Of a DNA stretch of 64,000 nt, positions 9,892-17,261 are shown in pieces. The stretch's first letter is position 1; each line of letters begins with the position of its first letter. The position numbers were made by a program, and so were the translations under genes. The notes beneath the pieces are model-generated. The model saw only the letters and a program-made list of their open reading frames with translations, did no database searches and was not told the DNA's origin. Location: contig JBGVFY010000065.1 of assembly GCA_045121435.1 (NCBI GenBank), positions 2,953 through 66,952 of the forward strand, read 5' to 3'. This stretch comes from Paludibacteraceae bacterium (GTDB lineage Bacteria > Bacteroidota > Bacteroidia > Bacteroidales > Paludibacteraceae).

Positions 9892-11022
9892 TTATATCAA
9901 ATAAGTTAGATAGTTCGCAGTCGTTATCACATCTGTTTTTTGTGGGTGATATTGTTCGATAAACTGATTAGGTATTTTGGCTGATTGTTTCTTTTCGTTC
10001 CATTTCATCTCGAACAGATGCAACTCACCATTTGACTCTTCGATATAATCAATCTCTTGCTTCTCCGTGGTACGCCAAAAATAGGACTTTACCAAACGGT
10101 CGGAATAATGATTATATTTCATACGCTCTGCAATGAAGAAGTTCTCCCATAGCGCTCCCTTATCCTGTCGCAATTCTAATGGCGCAAAGGCTTGTAGTAC
10201 TGCATTACGAACGCCTAAGTCATAGAAATAGATCTTTTTCCCTTTAGTTAGCTCTGTGCGGATATTCCTGCTGAAGCTATTCAAACGGAATACGATATAG
10301 CATTTCTCCAGAATATCGATATATTTCTCCACGGTCTTGCTATCCACTTCGACCGTCTTGCTGAGTTCATGGTACGAAACCTCACTACCTATCTGCAAAG
10401 CCAATGCCACTAATAATTTTTGCAGCACAGCAGGTTTACGCATACCCTCCAAATCCAATATGTCTTTATAGAGATAACTCTCCGTTAACTCCGTCAAAGC
10501 CTTTTCGGGCGGAAGACTACCAAACAACACATCGGGATAACTGCCATATATCAAACGCGTCTCCAGCATTTCACTGGTGGTTATCAAGCCTTTAGCTGCA
10601 TACAGCTCGCCTGTAGAAATAGGGAAAAGATGATATTCTATTTTGCGCCCCGTGAGTGGTTCGTTGATTTTGCTGTGCAAATCCAATGCCGAAGAACCTG
10701 TAACCAACAACTGAATGTTAGGGAAATTATCCACTATCACTTTGAGGGTCAATCCGATGTTTTCCACTCGCTGTGCCTCATCTATTACAACCACGGACTT
10801 GTTATTTATCAACAGTTGTAAGCCTGCAAGCGAAGGATTATATAGCATATCACGCACACTCTGTAGGTCACAGTTCAGCCATAGGATAGAATCCTCAGCC
10901 ATAGACTGTGTCATCATACGAAACAGGGTGGACTTACCCACTTGTCGTGCGCCAATCAGCAGAATGGCTTTACCTTTTCCAATGTATTGTGTCAATACAT
11001 TTTGCAGCGTTCGTTGTATCAT
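9892..11022 (-). CDS. AAA-family ATPase with DUF4143-like C-terminal region
   Basis: The 376-aa ORF has Walker A GARQVGKST and Walker B VVVIDEAQ. Confidence 0.8.
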   Translation of the reverse strand: MIQRTLQNVLTQYIGKGKAILLIGARQVGKSTLFRMMTQSMAEDSILWLNCDLQSVRDMLYNPSLAGLQLLINNKSVVVIDEAQRVENIGLTLKVIVDNFPNIQLLVTGSSALDLHSKINEPLTGRKIEYHLFPISTGELYAAKGLITTSEMLETRLIYGSYPDVLFGSLPPEKALTELTESYLYKDILDLEGMRKPAVLQKLLVALALQIGSEVSYHELSKTVEVDSKTVEKYIDILEKCYIVFRLNSFSRNIRTELTKGKKIYFYDLGVRNAVLQAFAPLELRQDKGALWENFFIAERMKYNHYSDRLVKSYFWRTTEKQEIDYIEESNGELHLFEMKWNEKKQSAKIPNQFIEQYHPQKTDVITTANYLTYLI

Positions 11023-11073
11023 AGCGATTGAGTTTTGTAGATTATCTTATTATGGTTAGTTTGAAAAACGCTG

Positions 11074-11081
11074 CAAAGGTA
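11074..11081 (-). promoter_or_regulatory. -7 box TACCTTTG (AAA ATPase)
   Basis: The plus strand reads caaaggta, 52 nt upstream of the ATG. The -33 TTTG lies inside the adjacent 32-bp repeat. Confidence 0.6.
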
Positions 11082-11098
11082 ATCATTTTTTCTTTATT

Positions 11099-11162
11099 TT
11101 CCAAATTTATGGCAATATTTTCGGATTTTATTCCAAATTTATGGCAATATTTTCGGATTTTA
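11099..11162. repeat. perfect 2 x 32-bp tandem repeat ttccaaatttatggcaatattttcggatttta (family R5)
   Basis: The repeat was read directly. A third, diverged copy is at 47836-47867, again immediately upstream of a -7 box. Confidence 0.9.
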
Positions 11163-11185
11163 TCTATTTTTATAGCGTATCATAT

Positions 11186-11296
11186 ACCGCCGCTCGCCCC
11201 ATGACTCACACCTTGAGCTGCGCATTGGCTATGCACGAGGAGTTCCTCAAGTCTGGCGATATGCGTAACACCAAGTGGGAGAATTATAAGAGATAA
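11186..11296 (+). pseudogene. orphan 3'-terminal fragment of a CoA-transferase allele
   Basis: It translates to TAARPMTHTLSCALAMHEEFLKSGDMRNTKWENYKR*, matching the C-terminus of the 8310..9815 product. The nucleotide differences are mostly synonymous. Confidence 0.85.
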
Positions 11297-11330
11297 GTAT
11301 CGGTTCGACGGTTAATATCGGCTATAAATA

Positions 11331-11373
11331 AAAAAAGACTGCTTTCGTATAAAACGAAGCAGTCTTTTTTGTA
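11331..11373 (+). terminator. orphan copy of the CoA-transferase terminator
   Basis: aaaaaAAGACTGCTTTCGtataaaaCGAAGCAGTCTTttttgt is homologous to 9837-9869. Confidence 0.7.
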
Positions 11374-11382
11374 TCTCCAATT

Positions 11383-11455
11383 CCTTGTAAGTTTCGGGAC
11401 CACCATAGGAGATCTGTGGGCTTTCGGTGGCTCTTGTTATGTCTCTATAATAGCA
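11383..11455. repeat. repeat family R1, copy a
   Basis: The core is tttcgggaccaccataggagatct..gggctttcggtggctcttgttatg. Other copies are at 17016-17085 and 47881-47982. Confidence 0.85.
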
Positions 11456-11495
11456 AATATGTCCCGAAAAAGGAAGTTAAAACTTCTTTTGTTTA

Positions 11496-11588
11496 TTATC
11501 CAAATAGTGGATCTAGTAAAAACCACAAGCAGAAGATAGCGATAATAATGTCAATAATCCAGCAGAGTAATTCGTCCATAGTAGTCAT
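11496..11588 (-). CDS. 30-aa hydrophobic peptide (paralogue of 15574..15663)
   Basis: The hand-translated product is MTTMDELLCWIIDIIIAIFCLWFLLDPLFG. The 5' UTR (tgtttaaccctcaaaa) and promoter region are conserved with the second copy. Confidence 0.5.
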   Translation of the reverse strand: MTTMDELLCWIIDIIIAIFCLWFLLDPLFG

Positions 11589-11626
11589 TTTTGAGGGTTA
11601 AACAATCATTTTCTTGAAATTCGCTG

Positions 11627-11634
11627 CAAAATTA
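11627..11634 (-). promoter_or_regulatory. -7 box TAATTTTG (small peptide A)
   Basis: The plus strand reads caaaatta, 39 nt upstream of the ATG at 11588. Confidence 0.55.
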
Positions 11635-11671
11635 CTATATAAAACTGCTAAAACTTGTCAGTATGTACATA

Positions 11672-11706
11672 AAATATGCAGAAAATGTGTTTTTTTCTGC
11701 ATATTT
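11672..11706 (-). terminator. 12-bp-stem hairpin after the Mrr-like gene
   Basis: The stem is AAATATGCAGAA..TTCTGCATATTT, followed on the minus strand by a T-rich tract. Confidence 0.5.
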
Positions 11707-11733
11707 TATAAATGGGTACTATTTTATTTGTTT

Positions 11734-13392
11734 TTAGCTCTCAGTTTCCATTTGGTATAACTTCTTTGCTTCTTCTATGTTAATGTATGCATTACGCCCA
11801 TTTTTGAGAAGCAATGCGAGTAGATGTCCTCCATTAAGAAGTTTTAGTGGTTTATCTTTTGCAAATTCATATGAATCATGCCCGTAGTCTGAAGTTGTAA
11901 TCAGTATACCAGTATTAGCACCCTCATTAATCACCGTTCCATACAAATCACGCACTGCAGATACGCCTACGGTATTGGTGTAGCGTTTCGCTTGAATAAC
12001 AATCTTACCACCGCGCAAAGGGTCTGGGTCAAAAATCACAGCATCAACACCTCCATCCCTGCTTGCCTGAGTAACTTTTACCTCTCCGCCATTTTGAGCA
12101 AATTCCAATTCAAATAATTCTCTTACAAGTTGTTCAAAATCCTCCCAATGCATAGCGGCTAAATTTGTTCCTTGATGAGTAATTACTTGTCGCTCTTGCA
12201 CAAATCGTTTATCATCTTTATTAAAGGATAGAATAGGTGTGATTGGTGTTAGGTTAATTAATTTTGAAGCCGATACACCTTTGAATGACTTGAAACATGA
12301 TTTTGGGTCTACTTGTGCAAGATTTATTTGGGTATATTTTTCTTTTGGAACTTGAATAGAAAGAATACATTTTCTTTCCATCAATCCTGTTGAGGGATTA
12401 ATAGAAGATATATGACCATTATAAGTAATAATTTTTATTTCATTTTTAGTATCAACATAAAATGCCTCATAAATAGTTCGAAGTGTTATCGAATATAACG
12501 CCTTTTCGTATTCTTTTGAAATATAATTTTCTGGTTGCTTCTTTATGCTAACTTCATTTGTGGATGATACATATTTATATTCTTTAATTGCTGGATATTT
12601 CGAAATTGCTGGTAATTCATAATCAATAACGAGCACTCCATCGTCAAATACACATTCTAATGTAGGATTAAACATAGAATTGTAGTTAGATGATTTTAGC
12701 GCGTTAGATACTTTATCTTCTATCTGTTCTCCTGCTGTAGACAAAGCATTACTTTCTGCAATACCATTTTCTATAATTCTGCTCCAGAGCATTTCTACAT
12801 GTTTGAGTTTTCTAGTTTCCAAATAACAAAAAAGGAAATTTTGTACTTTCTTTTTCCCTGAAAAATATTTCTCATTCCCATTGTCCTCGAATGATACATA
12901 TGTATGATCAAAAGTTGGTCTAATGATGCTATCAAAACGAAATTTTAGCAAGTTATTCGCACTATTATCTACAAAATAGCAGTCTTTAATTAACAAGAAC
13001 GATAATTGAATAGATTGCTCAAGTAGCAAAAACCATTTGTTCAAATCTATGTCCTCTGGAGCATATATATTATAACAATTTTTATGATACAATTTTTCTT
13101 GCCATATAATCGATGCTCCAAGTTCCTTAAAAGAATGCTCTAGCTGAGTATATTGTTTCTGTTGGTTGATTTCTTTTTCTATTAATTCTTGTTCCCGTTG
13201 TCTTTTCTTTTGCTTTCGAATCTCAGCCATTCTTTTAGCCCACTCTTGTTTATCTTGAGACGAACTTATCGTTTTCGTCTTTATTTCTGGTTTATCAACA
13301 ATGTTGTCAGATTGTTTTTCTTTATTTTTTGATAATAGATACATGCTCACAAGAATAGTCAGCAAAATAAGCGATATTATTAATAGTGCCAT
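11734..13392 (-). CDS. membrane-anchored protein with C-terminal Mrr-cat (restriction endonuclease) domain
   Basis: The 552-aa ORF has an N-terminal TM helix MALLIISLILLTILVSMYLL and a charged coiled-coil stretch. The C-terminus reads WEDFEQLVRELFE...SRDGGVDAVIFDPDP..GGKIVIQAKRYTNTVGVSAVRDLYGTV. The gene is very AT-rich. Confidence 0.75.
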   Translation of the reverse strand: MALLIISLILLTILVSMYLLSKNKEKQSDNIVDKPEIKTKTISSSQDKQEWAKRMAEIRKQKKRQREQELIEKEINQQKQYTQLEHSFKELGASIIWQEKLYHKNCYNIYAPEDIDLNKWFLLLEQSIQLSFLLIKDCYFVDNSANNLLKFRFDSIIRPTFDHTYVSFEDNGNEKYFSGKKKVQNFLFCYLETRKLKHVEMLWSRIIENGIAESNALSTAGEQIEDKVSNALKSSNYNSMFNPTLECVFDDGVLVIDYELPAISKYPAIKEYKYVSSTNEVSIKKQPENYISKEYEKALYSITLRTIYEAFYVDTKNEIKIITYNGHISSINPSTGLMERKCILSIQVPKEKYTQINLAQVDPKSCFKSFKGVSASKLINLTPITPILSFNKDDKRFVQERQVITHQGTNLAAMHWEDFEQLVRELFELEFAQNGGEVKVTQASRDGGVDAVIFDPDPLRGGKIVIQAKRYTNTVGVSAVRDLYGTVINEGANTGILITTSDYGHDSYEFAKDKPLKLLNGGHLLALLLKNGRNAYINIEEAKKLYQMETES

Positions 13393-13426
13393 AATCTTAT
13401 AATCATATTTGTGTAAAATTCATATT

Positions 13427-14182
13427 TTAATAATTTAACTCTCTGATACCATCATATTGTATTAAAAATATTCGACTATAACCAATGTCACATGGAAGAG
13501 TATATGGTGCATTCCAAAATTCAAATGGTTCTTTCGCAAATATTGCAACTGCTAACCAATATTCTTGGATATCAGCATTTTCTTTTAGCTTTTTATAATC
13601 AGCTACTTTTCTTAGTTTGTCATTAATTCCGCTATCAAAATCTTCTTGAGTAATTGGTTGTAAATATTGTCCCTGAATAGATACTGCAATTGGTTGTTCA
13701 ATCTTATTAGAAATTAATGTGACTGACTCAACATAAATTGTATCTACTTTATCTCCGCTTACAATGGTATTAAACGATTGAAATTTTTTCGTATCGGATG
13801 ATCGTAAGTCATCAATTTCTTTAGTAACTTGTTTTATGAAATCTTTTGCGTTATACCTCAACCAATATGCTGTTAGTTTAAATTTTACATTGATAGCAAT
13901 ATTTTCATTTCTTGCAGCAAGAATTTTCTCATATTCTTTTTTTGCTTCTTTAATTTTTTGTAAGCTTATAGCCGTGATGCTTGGTCCCTTTGAATTTTTA
14001 TTTTGTTTATGAGCAAACTTACTACTCGGCGCAAGTTCAACAAGCTCAAGACCGATTTTGCGATTTTCGTGCATAATAATAAAATCTGGTCTTTCGCTAT
14101 TGTTAACAGTTTCCAAATTAATATTTAAGTGTTTTAACAAAGGCTTAATAACACTTAATTCATGTCTTTTTCGCGAGTTCAA
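13427..14182 (-). CDS. hypothetical protein (251 aa), weak PD-(D/E)xK-like N-terminus
   Basis: The ORF has a TTG start and lies 35 nt upstream of the Mrr-like gene. It contains ERPDFIIMHENRKIGLELVEL, but no canonical K. I recognised no family. Confidence 0.55.
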   Translation of the reverse strand: MNSRKRHELSVIKPLLKHLNINLETVNNSERPDFIIMHENRKIGLELVELAPSSKFAHKQNKNSKGPSITAISLQKIKEAKKEYEKILAARNENIAINVKFKLTAYWLRYNAKDFIKQVTKEIDDLRSSDTKKFQSFNTIVSGDKVDTIYVESVTLISNKIEQPIAVSIQGQYLQPITQEDFDSGINDKLRKVADYKKLKENADIQEYWLAVAIFAKEPFEFWNAPYTLPCDIGYSRIFLIQYDGIRELNY

Positions 14183-14270
14183 GATTTGAATATGTTATAT
14201 TTTGGCTCATTTTTATGCCAACAAAGAAATAATACTTTCAGAATAAGGCTAATAACTTTATAGCAGACAA

Positions 14271-15284
14271 TTATTCTTTATCCAACACCTTATATAATTC
14301 GCGTTCTAAGGTCTTACGGTCGGGGAGATAGAGCATATAACGACTAATAAACAACTGATTAGAGATACCCTCTGTGGCGTATTCCATTGTCAAACTATCC
14401 GCATTGGCACCTAGGACAATACCGATTGGCTCATTGTCTCCCTCTGTGCAAACTTCTTTGCGGAAGTAGTTCAAATAGAAGTTCATCTGACCGACATCTT
14501 CGTGCTGCACTGTGCCACGCTTCAAATCAATCAAGCAGTAGCATTTCAAAATTACATTGTAAAAGACCAAATCTACATAGTACTGACGCCCTGCTATACT
14601 AAAGCGATATTGTTTGCCAATAAAAGCAAAACCTTTGCCTAGTTCCAACAAGAATTGGCTTAGGTTGTTCATCAAACCATCTTCCAACTCGCTTTCGTTA
14701 TACAGCAAACGGTCGGGCAAGCCGACAAACTCCAATACATACGGATCACGGATAATATCTTCAGGCGTTTGCAGTTCGATGCCTTCGTTAGCGAGTTTGA
14801 GAATACCTTCTTTATCTTTACTCAATGCCAGACGGTGGAAAAGCATGCTTTTCATTTGGCGCTTGAGTTCACGAACGCTCCATTGCTCTTTTTCACATTC
14901 TTTGGTGTAGAATGAGATCTCCAAAGGGTCGTCCGCCTTTAATATTTCATAATAGTGACTCCAACTCAATTTGTGGGACAGTGTCCCACTATTTTGGTAA
15001 GAAAGATATAACTTTCTCATATAGAATATGTTACTCCTTCCAAATCCTTTCCCGTAAGTACGTGTGAGATCTTCCGAAAGGCGATTAAGAAGGTTGCTAC
15101 CATATTCAGCCTTTTCGTTGCCATTTTGTTCATATTCCACGATGTACTTGCCTATTTGCCAATAGGTGTCCACAAGAATAGTATTTACTTCGTGAGCGAC
15201 TTTAGTACGGGCAGCAGCCAACAAGTCCGCTATTTCCCCGACTAAGTGTTGATAAGTGCTATCCGACTTTACAATCTCGTTCAT
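14271..15284 (-). CDS. DUF1016/YhcG-type PDDEXK nuclease
   Basis: MNEIVKSDSTYQHL...YVDLVFYNVILKCYCLIDLKRGTVQHEDVGQMNFYLNYF. The start is moved to the ATG at 15282-15284 because the -7 box lies in the longer ORF. Confidence 0.8.
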   Translation of the reverse strand: MNEIVKSDSTYQHLVGEIADLLAAARTKVAHEVNTILVDTYWQIGKYIVEYEQNGNEKAEYGSNLLNRLSEDLTRTYGKGFGRSNIFYMRKLYLSYQNSGTLSHKLSWSHYYEILKADDPLEISFYTKECEKEQWSVRELKRQMKSMLFHRLALSKDKEGILKLANEGIELQTPEDIIRDPYVLEFVGLPDRLLYNESELEDGLMNNLSQFLLELGKGFAFIGKQYRFSIAGRQYYVDLVFYNVILKCYCLIDLKRGTVQHEDVGQMNFYLNYFRKEVCTEGDNEPIGIVLGANADSLTMEYATEGISNQLFISRYMLYLPDRKTLERELYKVLDKE

Positions 15285-15305
15285 GGTCTTTGTGTTTTGT
15301 GGGTG

Positions 15306-15313
15306 CAAAGGTA
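15306..15313 (-). promoter_or_regulatory. -7 box TACCTTTG (DUF1016 gene, short leader)
   Basis: The plus strand reads caaaggta, 22 nt upstream of the ATG. Confidence 0.55.
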
Positions 15314-15344
15314 ATGATTTTTTTACAAATAAGCAAATTTCTTT

Positions 15345-15551
15345 TTAAAAATCATTATCATCATACGAATCCCAGCCAGACATGCCATCGCTGTCGTAGT
15401 CGCCACAATCCCAATCGTCGCGAGAGGTCCAGTTGCTAGAACCACTTGTGCGATGACGGCGGTCTTCGCCTATACTGCGGTAATCTTCAATGTCAAACAA
15501 GCCATTGGATGTGCTCTCTTCGGAGCCAAAAAGAAAATCAAATAGTCCCAT
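15345..15551 (-). CDS. 68-aa highly acidic protein
   Basis: The product is MGLFDFLFGSEE...DDWDCGDYDSDGMSGWDSYDDNDF. It starts 22 nt after small peptide B. Confidence 0.45.
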   Translation of the reverse strand: MGLFDFLFGSEESTSNGLFDIEDYRSIGEDRRHRTSGSSNWTSRDDWDCGDYDSDGMSGWDSYDDNDF

Positions 15552-15573
15552 AGTAATAATTGTAATTTAAGAA

Positions 15574-15663
15574 TTATAAGTAATACGAAAACATTTCAAT
15601 TAGAATCCAAAGACCTAATCCTATTTGTGCGAGTGCTAAAAGCAGGGCAATTATATTATCCAT
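15574..15663 (-). CDS. 29-aa hydrophobic peptide (paralogue of 11496..11588)
   Basis: The product is MDNIIALLLALAQIGLGLWILIEMFSYYL. The longer 87-aa track ORF would include its own promoter. Confidence 0.5.
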   Translation of the reverse strand: MDNIIALLLALAQIGLGLWILIEMFSYYL

Positions 15664-15712
15664 AATCGTTATTTTTTGAGGGTTAAACAGTCGTTGTTTT
15701 CGAAATCCGCTG

Positions 15713-15720
15713 CAAAGGTA
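15713..15720 (-). promoter_or_regulatory. -7 box TACCTTTG (small peptide B)
   Basis: The plus strand reads caaaggta, 50 nt upstream of the ATG at 15663. Confidence 0.55.
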
Positions 15721-15844
15721 CTGCTTCAAACTGCTAAAACTTGTCAGTATGTCAAGAAAAATGCACTTTTTTGTGAGAAAGTGTGTTTTTTTGCTCAGAG
15801 GGGAGAAAGCGTACCCAAAAATAAACACAAAATGCACGATTAGA

Positions 15845-16022
15845 CAACTATTTCAGTAATCGAGTAAACCTTTTTAGGAAAGGTGGAAACTTTTTTAGGA
15901 AGCCCAATCTTAACAAAAGTACTTTTTGTAGGCGAGGAGTTGAGTCGGCGTTCTCTCGGTAAAATCAGGTAAGGTATAAGAGAGGTAAAAGAGATGGTAA
16001 TCTTAATAAAACGCACATTTTT
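15845..16022. repeat. repeat family R2, copy a (~180 bp)
   Basis: caactatttcag..aacctttttaggaaag..ttttttaggaagc..ttctctcggt..aaggtataagaga..aatcttaa.aaa..gca. It is homologous to 55800-55988. Confidence 0.85.
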
Positions 16023-16028
16023 CTATCT

Positions 16029-16910
16029 TTAGTACTTTATCTTAAAGTACTGCAAGTGTTCTTTGTAATAATCTTGTGCGGTAAGACAGGTGTCGGTTAA
16101 GAATCCTTTGATATGATCCCAGTTTTGGATACCTCTATAATAATATAGGCGCAAGTCCTCTGTTATGATAAACGGAACAATACTATTCTGCAAACATTGC
16201 CAAAACATCAGCAAACGACCGATACGCCCATTCCCATCTTGAAATGGGTGTATGCGTTCGAATTGCACATGAAAGTTCAAAACATCATCTAAACTTACTT
16301 GTTTCAGCTGATTGTATTCCACAAGTAATTGCTTCATTTCTTTGTGTACTTCCTTTGGATCTGTAGTTCCCTCTCCGCCTACTTCGTTAGCAAGTTTCTT
16401 GTAATCTCCAACTGCAAACCATTCTTTTTGACTATCTGATGTGTTGGTCTTCAATAGTTGATGCAGATGTTTGATGTGTGTTTCTGTTAATTTATCTGTG
16501 GCGTGGTCAATCACATAGTCAATGCAACGAAAGTGGTTGACCGTTTCCATGATATCATCTATTCGCGTATTTTCTGTTGTGATGCCCAATGTGTTCGTTT
16601 CAAAGATATATCGCGTTTGTTCTTTGGTCAAGCGACTGCCTTCTATATGGTTGGAATTGTAGGTCAGGTCAATTTGTGTGCGATGATAGATGCCACCTTT
16701 TAAGCGACTACTCTTTTCTATACGGAGTTGTTGCAGTAGAGGAGAGATTTTTTGTTTGCCTTTTTTTGGCAATGTGGCATCCGCAGGAATATTCCATGTT
16801 TTGCCTACTAATACGGCTCCTTCTATTTTACCAGAGGAGCAATAATTTCGAGCGGTACGTTCGCTGATACCGTATAGTTCAGCATATTGTGTGACAGATA
16901 TATAACTCAT
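16029..16910 (-). CDS. Fic/DOC family protein with N-terminal HTH
   Basis: MSYISVTQYAELYGISERTARNYC... (HTH) and the Fic motif HPFQDGNGRIGRLLM. The start is set at ATG 16908-16910, downstream of the -7 box. Confidence 0.9.
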   Translation of the reverse strand: MSYISVTQYAELYGISERTARNYCSSGKIEGAVLVGKTWNIPADATLPKKGKQKISPLLQQLRIEKSSRLKGGIYHRTQIDLTYNSNHIEGSRLTKEQTRYIFETNTLGITTENTRIDDIMETVNHFRCIDYVIDHATDKLTETHIKHLHQLLKTNTSDSQKEWFAVGDYKKLANEVGGEGTTDPKEVHKEMKQLLVEYNQLKQVSLDDVLNFHVQFERIHPFQDGNGRIGRLLMFWQCLQNSIVPFIITEDLRLYYYRGIQNWDHIKGFLTDTCLTAQDYYKEHLQYFKIKY

Positions 16911-16911
16911 T

Positions 16912-16976
16912 ATCGGCAAGTTTTTATTGAATTTTGCTGCAAAGGTAGTGTTTTTTGCCGACATCGGCAAGTTTTT
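16912..16976 (-). promoter_or_regulatory. Fic promoter (-7 box at 16940-16947) flanked by direct repeats and a palindrome
   Basis: atcggcaagttttt occurs at 16912-16925 and 16963-16976. The palindrome ttgccgacatcggcaa is at 16955-16970. Confidence 0.5.
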
Positions 16977-17015
16977 GCATAAAAAAGTGTTGTTTATACC
17001 ACATTTTCACCACAG

Positions 17016-17085
17016 TTGCCTGCAAATTTCGGGAGCACCATAGGAGATCTATAGGAGTTCTATGGGCTTTCGGTGGCGGTTAGGT
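17016..17085. repeat. repeat family R1, copy b
   Basis: cctgcaaatttcgggagcaccataggagatctataggagttctatgggctttcggtggc. Confidence 0.85.
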
Positions 17086-17209
17086 TGCATCAGGTTGGTA
17101 TCCAAGTTGTTTTCAAGTTACCTGCGGGCTACGTGACCACTTCGCGACCACTGTTGCACATCTATGCCCTATTTGTGGCTAATCTGTGGCAGAAATAGGA
17201 AATGGCATC

Positions 17210-17240
17210 AAAAAGCCCTGCAAGTTACTTGCAGGGCTGA
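17210..17240 (-). terminator. intrinsic terminator of the caspase operon
   Basis: On the minus strand AGCCCTGCAAGtaacTTGCAGGGCT is followed by TTTTT, 22 nt after the stop at 17262. Confidence 0.8.
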
Positions 17241-17261
17241 AATAATATTTGATAATACACT

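Noticed and set aside
15574-15837. 87-aa version of the small-peptide ORF
   Set aside because: The extension upstream of MDNII... contains the promoter and the conserved 5' UTR shared with the 11.6-kb copy. Only the last 29 codons are plausible.
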